Origin: a virus
Lineage: Duplodnaviria; Caudoviricetes
IMG/VR virus record: IMGVR_UViG_3300031141_000005
Span: 1,965 to 65,964 of that record
DNA length: 64,000 nucleotides
Strand: one strand, 5' to 3'
This document shows, piece by piece, positions 10,654-20,083 of the stretch (within the stretch, counting starts at the first letter, position 1; the number at the start of each line of letters is the position of its first letter). Below the pieces are notes generated by a model. That model did no database searches. It was not told where the DNA came from and was given only the letters and a program-made list of their open reading frames with translations. A program made the translations under genes and the position numbers.

Positions 10654-13600
10654 ATGGCTGAGCAAAAGAAACCAAATACCTTTACTAAAGGTATGCAGGC
10701 TGATGTAGACGCAAACCTACTACTTAGCGACTCGTATAGAAAAGGCCATAACGTTAGGAATATATCTAAATCTGATAACGCTTTTACATTAAAGAATGTT
10801 GCAGGCCATCAGGTTGCTTCATCTATGTCTGTAAATACTAAGACTTACACGGTAACTCAAGCTAATTTAGACAATACTTTAATTGCAGCATCTGTAGCTG
10901 ATACTTACCCTGGTTCTCTTAGGTATAGAGTGACTATAAAGGATGATAATGTGGTTCTTTATGATTACACTGATACAACTTCAGGTACTAATACACCCGC
11001 AAGACTTAAGGCTGTTGTAGATGGGGCTTCTGCTTTATTAACGGAAGCTGATGGCTTATTTATTACAGCAATAGCATCCGCTAGTAGTCTTATTATTTTA
11101 GTGACTTCTACGGACATTCTTACATTAAAGAAAATAGAAATTAGAGCTTTAACTGAAGGAGCTAGTAGTGATGATTATTACGACATGGTTATTGCTCCTG
11201 TCGATACTGCAGACTCTCACTCTATAGTGGGGATGACTTCATTCAGTAATTACATATGCTTGCTAACTATTAGTGGTTCCACTAATTACGTATGGAAAGC
11301 TGTGGTTGGTGCTGATGGATCATTTACTGGGGCTAAGCTCATACTTATTGGTAATTTCGGGTTTTTAGCTGGAAGAATTATTAAGATAGAATCTTCTGAG
11401 GAGAACGAACACTACCATAGAATATACTGGATAGATGGAAACGAACCTTTAAGGTCTGTTAACTTAAAAGAATCTATGACTTACTACTTAAGTCTTTCTG
11501 CTGGGGATTTAGATGTCTTTAAAGCCTCTCCATTATCTCCAGCTGAAATTACTTCCGTTAGTGATGGAGGAGCTTTAGCCTGTGGGTCATATAGATATTG
11601 TTATAGATTAACAACTAAAGGAGGTAATAGTTCTTTAATTTCCCCTATAACTAATCCAGTATCTGTATATAAAACAGCAAAGTCATCTCAATACCACGAT
11701 ATAGAAGGTGGTGGCGAATCAGAGAGTTCTGGTAAGTATATTTCTTTTAGTGTTTCAATACCAGACGAAACTTATGAGAATATACAAGTAATAGCATTAA
11801 GAACTATTTCTACAGAAGGAGCTATTGATGCTAATATAATAATCGACTCTAAGTTATATGGATCTGTTTTTAATGGCCAACATACTGGAGCTGAAACTAA
11901 AATAGCAATACCACTTAGTCAGATTTTATCAAGCTCAATATCTTGGACTACAGGTAAGGATTTAAAAACGAAAGACAATAGGTTGTTTGTGTCTAACTTA
12001 TCCAACACATCTAATTCTATAGACGCAGACTTCAGGGCTGTTTCTTATAATTCTGGTGGGGTTGCTTTTAGTACAGCTACAGATTATAATAACCCAGATT
12101 TAAGAGATCCTAATTTATACTTCTCAGGATCCGAGGGTAATAATAAATATAAGTTTTCTGACTCTAATGCTACTCATTTCGGGGCATCTTCTGTAGACTT
12201 TGCAGACCCCACTAAGAATGGTGTTAGGGTTTCATTTAGATTGAAGTCGTTTACATTAGATTCTAAAGGTATAGACGATCAAGCTGGATCAGAGAAAGAA
12301 AATAGTGGTAACGATTATTTAGCTGCTCAGTCTCCTTTTTACGGATTGGATTCTAAGACTGGAGATGATGGATTTTATGATAACTATAAGAATCCTGTAT
12401 TCGCTAATAAGTACACAGGATACCAAAGGAATGAAGTTTATAGATTTGCTATATTGTTTTACGACTTATCGGGTCAAGCTACATTTTCCTATCCTATAGG
12501 TGATATTAGATTCCCTAAAGCAACTGACGCTTATAGCTCTATAGATGCGCACGGATTAGTTAACTACATACCTCTTCAATGCGTAACATCTTCACATGAC
12601 CAGGTTCTTGGTCATTATAGGGGTTATATTATGCATCCTCGCTTTGAGGTTAACCTTTCAGCTGATTTAAGGTCTAAGATTTCTGGGTACTCTATAGTTA
12701 GGGCTGAGAGAGAAGATAAAGATAAAATGGTTTTATTTAATGGCTTATTAAGTAGCGTTATTAGGTACACTAATGACACTGAGAATAGGAGTATGAGAAA
12801 TAAGCTTGGAGCTCACCCTGTATCTATATTTCATTCTAACACTAGTCCAGACCCTATTTATAATGACATGTTTACAATAGACTCTCCAGAATCTATAATT
12901 GGTGGTGTTGAGTATAATAATCTTAGTGGTGATAAGTTGGCTAGGTCTTATATCGCAGCAGCTTGGGAGAATGACTCTACAAGCTTTGGTGCTGGCGCTG
13001 GCTACTTTTGCCCTAAAACTTTCAGACAGAATGCTGATACCAATAAAGGTCATGCAATAAGATTCGATCCTAAAACTAATAGTCAGTATGATTCATGGTA
13101 TCCTACTGCGTTTACTAAATTATTTCAAGTTCTTGACCACGAAGGTTTCGCTGCTGAAGAGAAATCAATCCATTTCGGTACAAATGTAAAGTCTTGGGGG
13201 ACTATAGGACCCAACAACACAACCTCTGGTCTTACATTTAAAAACGGAGGAAGAACTAGGATAGACGATAATTCATACATAAAGCCTGTTGGGGCTGGTG
13301 GGTGGCAATCAGAAACTGGATCTACTAATGCAGCTTTTTCTTTTGCTGCTAACGATACTACATTTATAAATCTTGCAGCTGGTAATGACTTATTATTCAC
13401 TGCACCAATGACTGATAATCAAGGAGCGAAACTTCTTAGTAATTCATACATATCGATAAAGCATATGGCTCAGGTATTGAGAGATGTGACGGAATCGGCA
13501 TATGGAGGTGACAGCGTATCAGCATTCAAATTTACTAGATATATATCTACAGGTTCTTACGTGGGTGATGTAAGTCAAGCAACTACATCAGTAGATGTTT

Positions 13601-14955
13601 TTGGTGGAGATACTTATATAAATATGTTTGGTTTAAAAAAGATGCACACACCTTGGTCTGGGTATCTATCTTCTGATTCTTATATAATGCCTCACCAAGC
13701 TCTTGCAGTCCCTATAGAGTCCTCAATAAATCTAGACTTAAGGTCTGGAGTTTATTTTGGTAAGGGGGATATTCAAGCAGGATTTCAAGACGACTACTTG
13801 TATAATGATTCTTACTCTGCTACGAACAATTCTAAGCTGTTTCTAGAGAAGCCTGAAAATTTCTTAGAAATATCTAATTATGAAAACATGGTGGCGGCAT
13901 CAAACTTAAAGTTAAACGGCTCTAAGTTAGACGCTTATACTAATTTTGACGCTAATGAGTTTTATGAGTTAGATAATGCATACGGCCCTATATATAATTT
14001 AATAAAGCTGAGAAATGAATTGTTTACAGTTCAATCTACTGGTGTTGCTAAATTATCTATAAACCCTAGAGTTGTTGTTTCTAATGACGATGTTGCTGCA
14101 ATAACTATAGCAACAGGTACTGGTAGCGTAATAGAGAGGGCTGATTATGTCGACACTAGATATGGTAGTCAGCATTTCAATAACACTATAGCTACAAACA
14201 CTTCAGCCTATTGGTATGACGACGCTAACTCGTCTTTATGTAAGCTTGTTTTCGGTCAGGGTGTTGCTGTTCAAGACTTAGGCTTGACTACGCAAAACTC
14301 TAGCCTTTTAGATGCATATAAAGATACAGTAATAGGTGATAATCCTTTATCTGGTGATGGAGTTTCTTTCCATTGGAATCAGAGACACGACGAAGTTGTT
14401 TGCTGTATACATAGCTCAACTAAGACTAGCATAGTTTACAGTGAACTTATGGATATTATAGTAGGGACTAGAGATGAATCTTCTTGCATGTCTGTGAACT
14501 TGTCAGGGGAAACTTACTCAGTTGGTTATAAGGTTTTTAACGGTTTAGATGACTCTAAAGTATATAAACATGATGGTGAGTCTGTGAATCAAAACGCCTT
14601 CTATGAGGTTGCTGGTTCTGCAGATATGGAGGTTACTTTTGTAGTAAACGAAAACGTTTATACATCTAAGGTGTTTGATAAATTGGTTCTATATTTATCT
14701 GGCAATGCTAACGCAGAGAAATTCACTACCTTTGAATTTGTAGATTCGTTAGGTAATACAATATCAAATACTGGATCTAACTTAGGTAAGATGAGAGCTG
14801 GAAAGCACATACTACCAATAAGGGACTTGACTGGAGATCCAGCAGCTACTACGAAAATGAAAGGTAACTACTTGATAGTTACAATTAAATCTAGTGCCAC
14901 TGAAGAGGTTGAACTTTTCTCAGCATTAGTTCACCATAGAACTACAAATATATAG
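10654..14955 (+). CDS. Tail stabilisation/muzzle protein (P22 gp10-like)
   Basis: N-terminal NTFTKGMQAD, IYWIDG.EPLR, YRYCYRL and GYQRNEVYRFAI motifs; 1433 aa. Confidence 0.8.
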   Translation: MAEQKKPNTFTKGMQADVDANLLLSDSYRKGHNVRNISKSDNAFTLKNVAGHQVASSMSVNTKTYTVTQANLDNTLIAASVADTYPGSLRYRVTIKDDNVVLYDYTDTTSGTNTPARLKAVVDGASALLTEADGLFITAIASASSLIILVTSTDILTLKKIEIRALTEGASSDDYYDMVIAPVDTADSHSIVGMTSFSNYICLLTISGSTNYVWKAVVGADGSFTGAKLILIGNFGFLAGRIIKIESSEENEHYHRIYWIDGNEPLRSVNLKESMTYYLSLSAGDLDVFKASPLSPAEITSVSDGGALACGSYRYCYRLTTKGGNSSLISPITNPVSVYKTAKSSQYHDIEGGGESESSGKYISFSVSIPDETYENIQVIALRTISTEGAIDANIIIDSKLYGSVFNGQHTGAETKIAIPLSQILSSSISWTTGKDLKTKDNRLFVSNLSNTSNSIDADFRAVSYNSGGVAFSTATDYNNPDLRDPNLYFSGSEGNNKYKFSDSNATHFGASSVDFADPTKNGVRVSFRLKSFTLDSKGIDDQAGSEKENSGNDYLAAQSPFYGLDSKTGDDGFYDNYKNPVFANKYTGYQRNEVYRFAILFYDLSGQATFSYPIGDIRFPKATDAYSSIDAHGLVNYIPLQCVTSSHDQVLGHYRGYIMHPRFEVNLSADLRSKISGYSIVRAEREDKDKMVLFNGLLSSVIRYTNDTENRSMRNKLGAHPVSIFHSNTSPDPIYNDMFTIDSPESIIGGVEYNNLSGDKLARSYIAAAWENDSTSFGAGAGYFCPKTFRQNADTNKGHAIRFDPKTNSQYDSWYPTAFTKLFQVLDHEGFAAEEKSIHFGTNVKSWGTIGPNNTTSGLTFKNGGRTRIDDNSYIKPVGAGGWQSETGSTNAAFSFAANDTTFINLAAGNDLLFTAPMTDNQGAKLLSNSYISIKHMAQVLRDVTESAYGGDSVSAFKFTRYISTGSYVGDVSQATTSVDVFGGDTYINMFGLKKMHTPWSGYLSSDSYIMPHQALAVPIESSINLDLRSGVYFGKGDIQAGFQDDYLYNDSYSATNNSKLFLEKPENFLEISNYENMVAASNLKLNGSKLDAYTNFDANEFYELDNAYGPIYNLIKLRNELFTVQSTGVAKLSINPRVVVSNDDVAAITIATGTGSVIERADYVDTRYGSQHFNNTIATNTSAYWYDDANSSLCKLVFGQGVAVQDLGLTTQNSSLLDAYKDTVIGDNPLSGDGVSFHWNQRHDEVVCCIHSSTKTSIVYSELMDIIVGTRDESSCMSVNLSGETYSVGYKVFNGLDDSKVYKHDGESVNQNAFYEVAGSADMEVTFVVNENVYTSKVFDKLVLYLSGNANAEKFTTFEFVDSLGNTISNTGSNLGKMRAGKHILPIRDLTGDPAATTKMKGNYLIVTIKSSATEEVELFSALVHHRTTNI

Positions 14956-14956
14956 T

Positions 14957-16216
14957 ATGTTAAACTTTGAACAAGAAAAGAGGTCTGAGCTGCAGAAGTT
15001 CTATGGCAACAGACAGATGGCTAAGTATGCTGGAGGTGGAGTCACTGACGCTATAGCTGGAAGTTCTGCTAGGCAAGATAGAAGAGCTGCAAGGCAAGAC
15101 ATGAGGGCTAACGAAACTTCTGGAGAGAAAGCAACTAGAAAGGGTAATCAAAACGCCATCATGGGTGCTGGATTAGGTATAGCATCTACAGCCGTAACTG
15201 AATTAGATAAGACTCCTGACAAATATGACGGAGCTGATGTTGCTGGTTCTGCTTTAAAATACGCATCTATGGGCGCTGCTCTAGGTCCTTGGGGAGCTTT
15301 AGCAGGTGCGGCAGTTGGTGCTGGAGTTGGTTTAGTAAAGAAGGGTCAAGCTGAAAAGGCAGCAGAACAAGCTGATAGACTTGAATCTACAGAGGAAGAA
15401 TTAGAATCTACATCTATAGCTAAAGGAGAACGTTCTGCTATGTTTGCAGAAGGTGGTGTGGTAGATCCATACAAACCTAACAGCACAATATCTCAAGCAA
15501 AAGAACCTTGGTATGGCGATAACGATTTTCTTGATGGAGTTTCCAATAAAATGAATAGTTATATAGCTAATGGCGAAAGGACTTTAGATAACACTCAAGT
15601 AGGGTTAACTGCTTTAGGCATGGCTCCTGTTTATGGAGCTGTAGCTGATGGGGTTAATACTGCAATATCTGCAGGTAGAGCAGGATATGCTTATGCTACT
15701 GGAGATACTGAAGGAGTTAAAGAGCATTCAACTAATGCAGTCGCTAATGCTGCAATGATGATTCCTGTTGAAGGTCAAGGGTTGGCGTTAGCCAAGTTAG
15801 GACTTTCTGGTGCTAAATATGCTAAACATGTTAAAGGAGCAACTAAAATACTCCAAGCTGTTGATACCGTGAAGGACGGTGTGAATGTGGCTATGGCTAC
15901 AGATACTGTTGTAAGTGGTGCTGGCGTAGCTAGTCAATTAGCAGCCAATACATCATCTACTAAAAACCCTTATAGCTTTGTATCTGGAAATAAGTTTAAG
16001 AATGGTGGCGAAACTAAAGGTAGTTATAGTCACTCTAAAAATCCTTTGACCGTTGTGGATAAGCAAGGTAAGCCTGTAGGTATGGAACTTACAGGAGGTG
16101 AAGGAGTGTTTGACAAACCTGCAATGAATCGCATAAAGAAAATGGCTATGACTGGTGATTACGCTAAGTTAGGTCAGTACGTTGAAAAAGAAATGAATAC
16201 TTGGAAACATAAATAG
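14957..16216 (+). CDS. Virion cargo/ejection protein with hydrophobic Gly/Ala helices and PT-TG-like segment
   Basis: Repeated (Y/F)xxGG motifs, G/A-rich membrane-type helices and a SH...ELTGGE C-terminal motif; located between muzzle and RNAP. Confidence 0.6.
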   Translation: MLNFEQEKRSELQKFYGNRQMAKYAGGGVTDAIAGSSARQDRRAARQDMRANETSGEKATRKGNQNAIMGAGLGIASTAVTELDKTPDKYDGADVAGSALKYASMGAALGPWGALAGAAVGAGVGLVKKGQAEKAAEQADRLESTEEELESTSIAKGERSAMFAEGGVVDPYKPNSTISQAKEPWYGDNDFLDGVSNKMNSYIANGERTLDNTQVGLTALGMAPVYGAVADGVNTAISAGRAGYAYATGDTEGVKEHSTNAVANAAMMIPVEGQGLALAKLGLSGAKYAKHVKGATKILQAVDTVKDGVNVAMATDTVVSGAGVASQLAANTSSTKNPYSFVSGNKFKNGGETKGSYSHSKNPLTVVDKQGKPVGMELTGGEGVFDKPAMNRIKKMAMTGDYAKLGQYVEKEMNTWKHK

Positions 16217-16218
16217 AC

Positions 16219-18339
16219 ATGGCTGTAACTAAACCAAAAGGGGTAACCCACGGAACTTTTAACAAAAACCCTGGTAACATAAAGGGTTATCATAAAGGTG
16301 GGTCTAAAACAGACTTCACTAAATGGCTTGACAAACAAGGTATAAAATACAGCCAAGGAAGTCAGGCTAGTGATGGTGGCTATTTTATACATTTCGAGAG
16401 CGATGAAGACGGATTAAAGGCTGCTGATAACTTCTGGAATGTAACTAAGACTTGGGCTGCTTATGAGAATAAGGATGGTTCATCTATGACTGTAGAAGAT
16501 GCTTTATCTAAGTATTCTAATGGAGGTTATGATAAAAAGTTTCTAAAAGGATTAGAAGCTAAGGGTATAGATATGACAGCTAGTTTAGATTCGTTAAGCG
16601 ATGACGATTTAGCTATGATGTCTCACACTCAAATGCAGACAGAGGATCCTAATCAATATGCTGCTTTACAAACTCAAGGACTTATAAGTAAGTCTGGTGT
16701 TTCTTCGTATAAGACTAATCCTCCTGTGGGAGTGTCTGCTGCAAGCAAGAATACTAATGTTCCTACTCAAGCACAGTCAAACGCTTCTTCTACAGGTCAA
16801 TCTCCAAGAAGCGCAGCTCAAGAAGAGGGGGCTCGCCTTGTTAAACTAAAGAATGACTTTGAGACCTCTAAAACTATAAAAACAGTTCCTTCTGAAGATA
16901 AAAAGAAAGAAATATTACTAGCTGTAACGAAGATAGGGAAAGAGCTAAATGACGAAATGAATGAATCATCATCTGTAATGTTTGATGATGACGCATTAAG
17001 AGGAGAGTTCTTAAAAAGAATATCTACAGAACTTGGATTAGATGATTTAGATCAATCGGACATAGAAGCTTTAGGTGAGGCTCGTGGTATTATTGAGCAT
17101 GTTACTAATATCGCAAATGAGGAGTTAGGGCAAACGATTGGAGGTAAGAAAGGTTTATTTGAGATTGAGTCTCCAATAGAGAATGTGTTTGAAGATTCTG
17201 CTAATCTGTTAGATACAAATTTAGGAATGCTTGGTATTGCTCCAGAAGGTAGAGCAAGTCAGGTTTTACTTGAATCGTATAATGAAGATTTTTATGATAA
17301 TGGTGAAAGGTTAGAAAAAGGTGGGGCAGATAGAACTATTGATGACTTAGTAAATCAAGATGAAGATTTATTAAATTTAAAGGTTTCTGAAGGGTTAACA
17401 TCAGAAGAGGCTATACTAAAGATTGAAGAGCAAAGGAAAAAGCAAAAAGAAGAATCTGAATATGTAGATAAAGTTAAAGAAGGTTCGGCAACCCAAGAAG
17501 AACAAGACGCAGCTGTTACTGGTCACGAAACTAGATTAGCTGATGCTATATCTGAATATACCCCCGAAGAGGTTGTTGTAGAAGATACTATCGAAGAAGA
17601 CGCAGCTACTGAATTAAAAGACAAGAGAACTCGTCAGATGGCGATGGCAGAAAAAGCTCTTACAGGGTTGAAGGCTGCTGCTGGTTTAACTTCATTATCT
17701 AAGGCGTTACAAGAACCTGATGTAAAGACTCCACAGGTTTCTAACTTAATGTTGGAAGCTTTAGGTAAGCAGAAGAAATTATCTACAATGGGATTGAATG
17801 CTGCAGAGAAAGCTAGTGCAATGCAAGGGATTAACGAAGCTTATTCTGGTGCTATCAAGAATGTTCTTGGCGCTTCAGGAGGGCAGAGAGGTTCTTTCTT
17901 AGCTAATCAAGGTGTAGCTGACGCTAACAGAGTTAAAGGTTTGTTACAGTTATCAGCTCAGGATGCTGCAATTAGAAGACAAAACGTAGGTCAATACAAT
18001 CAATTAGCTTCTTCGGTTGGTCAAATGCAGTTATCTGCAGATATGTCTGCTGAACAAATGAAGCAACAAGCTATAGCACAGAATAAGCAAATGCTTGGAG
18101 GTATTGGTACTAACTTATTATCTGACGCTATTAGTGATGCAACTTATTATCTTAATCCTAACAGAGAACACATGGACGAGATGATGAAGCAATATATGGA
18201 ATCCACTACAGGTAATAATGGTTATACGCCACCTACAGGGACTGATGTCATAGGAATGAATGACCCGTCAAAAACGGATAAAGAAAGAAAAGTAGAGGCA
18301 GATGCCTTGGCTGCTAAAGCTAAAGCTAACGGACAATAA
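16219..18339 (+). CDS. Virion cargo protein with N-terminal NPGNI (lysozyme-like) domain
   Basis: NKNPGNIK...FES.EDGLKA...T..DALSKYS domain followed by a long helical region. Confidence 0.55.
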   Translation: MAVTKPKGVTHGTFNKNPGNIKGYHKGGSKTDFTKWLDKQGIKYSQGSQASDGGYFIHFESDEDGLKAADNFWNVTKTWAAYENKDGSSMTVEDALSKYSNGGYDKKFLKGLEAKGIDMTASLDSLSDDDLAMMSHTQMQTEDPNQYAALQTQGLISKSGVSSYKTNPPVGVSAASKNTNVPTQAQSNASSTGQSPRSAAQEEGARLVKLKNDFETSKTIKTVPSEDKKKEILLAVTKIGKELNDEMNESSSVMFDDDALRGEFLKRISTELGLDDLDQSDIEALGEARGIIEHVTNIANEELGQTIGGKKGLFEIESPIENVFEDSANLLDTNLGMLGIAPEGRASQVLLESYNEDFYDNGERLEKGGADRTIDDLVNQDEDLLNLKVSEGLTSEEAILKIEEQRKKQKEESEYVDKVKEGSATQEEQDAAVTGHETRLADAISEYTPEEVVVEDTIEEDAATELKDKRTRQMAMAEKALTGLKAAAGLTSLSKALQEPDVKTPQVSNLMLEALGKQKKLSTMGLNAAEKASAMQGINEAYSGAIKNVLGASGGQRGSFLANQGVADANRVKGLLQLSAQDAAIRRQNVGQYNQLASSVGQMQLSADMSAEQMKQQAIAQNKQMLGGIGTNLLSDAISDATYYLNPNREHMDEMMKQYMESTTGNNGYTPPTGTDVIGMNDPSKTDKERKVEADALAAKAKANGQ

Positions 18340-18350
18340 AAGACAACGAC

Positions 18351-20081
18351 ATGGATTACAGTAAAGCTAATAATGTCCTATCTGGTTGGGTAGGTTCAGG
18401 AGACAGAAGAGCAAAAGCACAAGCACAACTTGGGGAAGTTATGCAACTACATCAAGCTCAGCAACAACTCAATGCAGAGAAGCAGCAGAGTGAAGAACAA
18501 ATGGAGAACTATCTTGACTCTATAAAGAGTAGAGCTAGCGAACTTGCTGTAAGGAATGAGGATAGGGAAGTTATACAAGGTTTGTATGATGACCAGAAAA
18601 GTATATTTCTCTCTGAATTAGAGAAACACGGAAACGATCCATCTAGGTTTATGAACTCAGGTGGGCGTAGAGTATTAAAAGACTTCGCTTCTAGCGTGTT
18701 ACAGTCTGATGAAGCTGGAAGAATCTCTGGTAACACTAAGGCTATACAAGAGTATTTTGATACGAGTGAAAGAGAAGGCGGTAAGTTTGCTAAACTTATC
18801 CCACACTCTACAAGAAGAGAGTTTCAGAACTTCATGGATGGAGACGCTGATGTGTTTAGAATGAAGCAGATAGTAGAGCTTAAAACTCCAGACAATGATG
18901 AGTATGAATTCTCTAGCAATAAAGCCGAGGCTTATTACTTTGCTGGAGATAACGCTATGCTTGCTGAGCAGAATTATATAATAGAATATGATCTACCAGT
19001 TGACGCTAAAGTTAGTAAAGAAGTTCTTATTGATTACATAGGTCAATACACAGGGACTGTTAATCCTCATTCTGCCGCACCTTCTTCAGATGGAAGTGGT
19101 TCTATGGTTGGTAAGCAATCTAAATCTTGGAGTGCTAGAATGGGTAATCAAATGAGTCACATGAATAGCGATGGAGGAGTTAGTACTGCCGTTATAGGAT
19201 CAGGAAGTGAGTCTTATGCTAGAAGTTTGAGTGATTTTGATTCATTCAGTGTTAACTCTAACTCTGGATCGGCTCCAGCCAATACAGATGTGTTTGGTCA
19301 TAGAGTGGATGAGGGTAGTGAGTTTATGTACGCTAAAGCAATCTTCGGAGATGAAATTGAAGAAGGCGATAACATAGAAGGTAGACAATGGAATGGTAAC
19401 TGGTTTAATGAAGACGGTACTTCGTTTGATCACGGTGCTGGAGATGCTCCTGACTTAACTATTGGTGGTGTTTGGCTTGGTTATAAAGTTAAAGAAAACG
19501 GAAAAACTAGATTAGTTAGAGCTGAAGATTTAGAAGGAGAACCTAAGAACGCTGAAGTTGTTCTTATGCAGGAATTTGAAGATGACGGAATCTTTACTAG
19601 TGATTACTACTACAGAGAGATAGCTACAAAAAGAAGTGCAGCTGAAGGAATTAAACTAGGTCAACTTAAGAATGTTGATGGAAATTTAGGTAGACATACT
19701 AAAGAAGCTCAAGGGAATATACCTGGAGCTCAAAACACTCCAGCTAATAATGAATTAAGCAGTTTCCTTAATATATCTAGCGCTCCATTAAGTCAAGAGA
19801 TGAACAAAATGGAACTACCTGCTGGTAGTTTGAAGGCTCGTAGTATTTTGCTATCTTTATCAAGAATTCAAAATGCTGAAGTAGGAACGTTGTCTGAGTT
19901 TATAAATACAAGGAACACTCCAATACTTCAACAAGCTTTAATGTCGGGTAACACTAACATGTTCTTCGATAGGTATACAGAGATCATGATAGAGCAAGGT
20001 AAGACGAAAGAAGAAGCTAGTAAAGAAGCAACATTAATTTTTAGAGAAAGTGAAAACATTCTCTCAACACTTAATAGATAG
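18351..20081 (+). CDS. Virion cargo/ejection protein
   Basis: Helical Q-rich N-terminus; lies immediately upstream of the virion RNAP. Confidence 0.55.
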   Translation: MDYSKANNVLSGWVGSGDRRAKAQAQLGEVMQLHQAQQQLNAEKQQSEEQMENYLDSIKSRASELAVRNEDREVIQGLYDDQKSIFLSELEKHGNDPSRFMNSGGRRVLKDFASSVLQSDEAGRISGNTKAIQEYFDTSEREGGKFAKLIPHSTRREFQNFMDGDADVFRMKQIVELKTPDNDEYEFSSNKAEAYYFAGDNAMLAEQNYIIEYDLPVDAKVSKEVLIDYIGQYTGTVNPHSAAPSSDGSGSMVGKQSKSWSARMGNQMSHMNSDGGVSTAVIGSGSESYARSLSDFDSFSVNSNSGSAPANTDVFGHRVDEGSEFMYAKAIFGDEIEEGDNIEGRQWNGNWFNEDGTSFDHGAGDAPDLTIGGVWLGYKVKENGKTRLVRAEDLEGEPKNAEVVLMQEFEDDGIFTSDYYYREIATKRSAAEGIKLGQLKNVDGNLGRHTKEAQGNIPGAQNTPANNELSSFLNISSAPLSQEMNKMELPAGSLKARSILLSLSRIQNAEVGTLSEFINTRNTPILQQALMSGNTNMFFDRYTEIMIEQGKTKEEASKEATLIFRESENILSTLNR

Positions 20082-20083
20082 TT

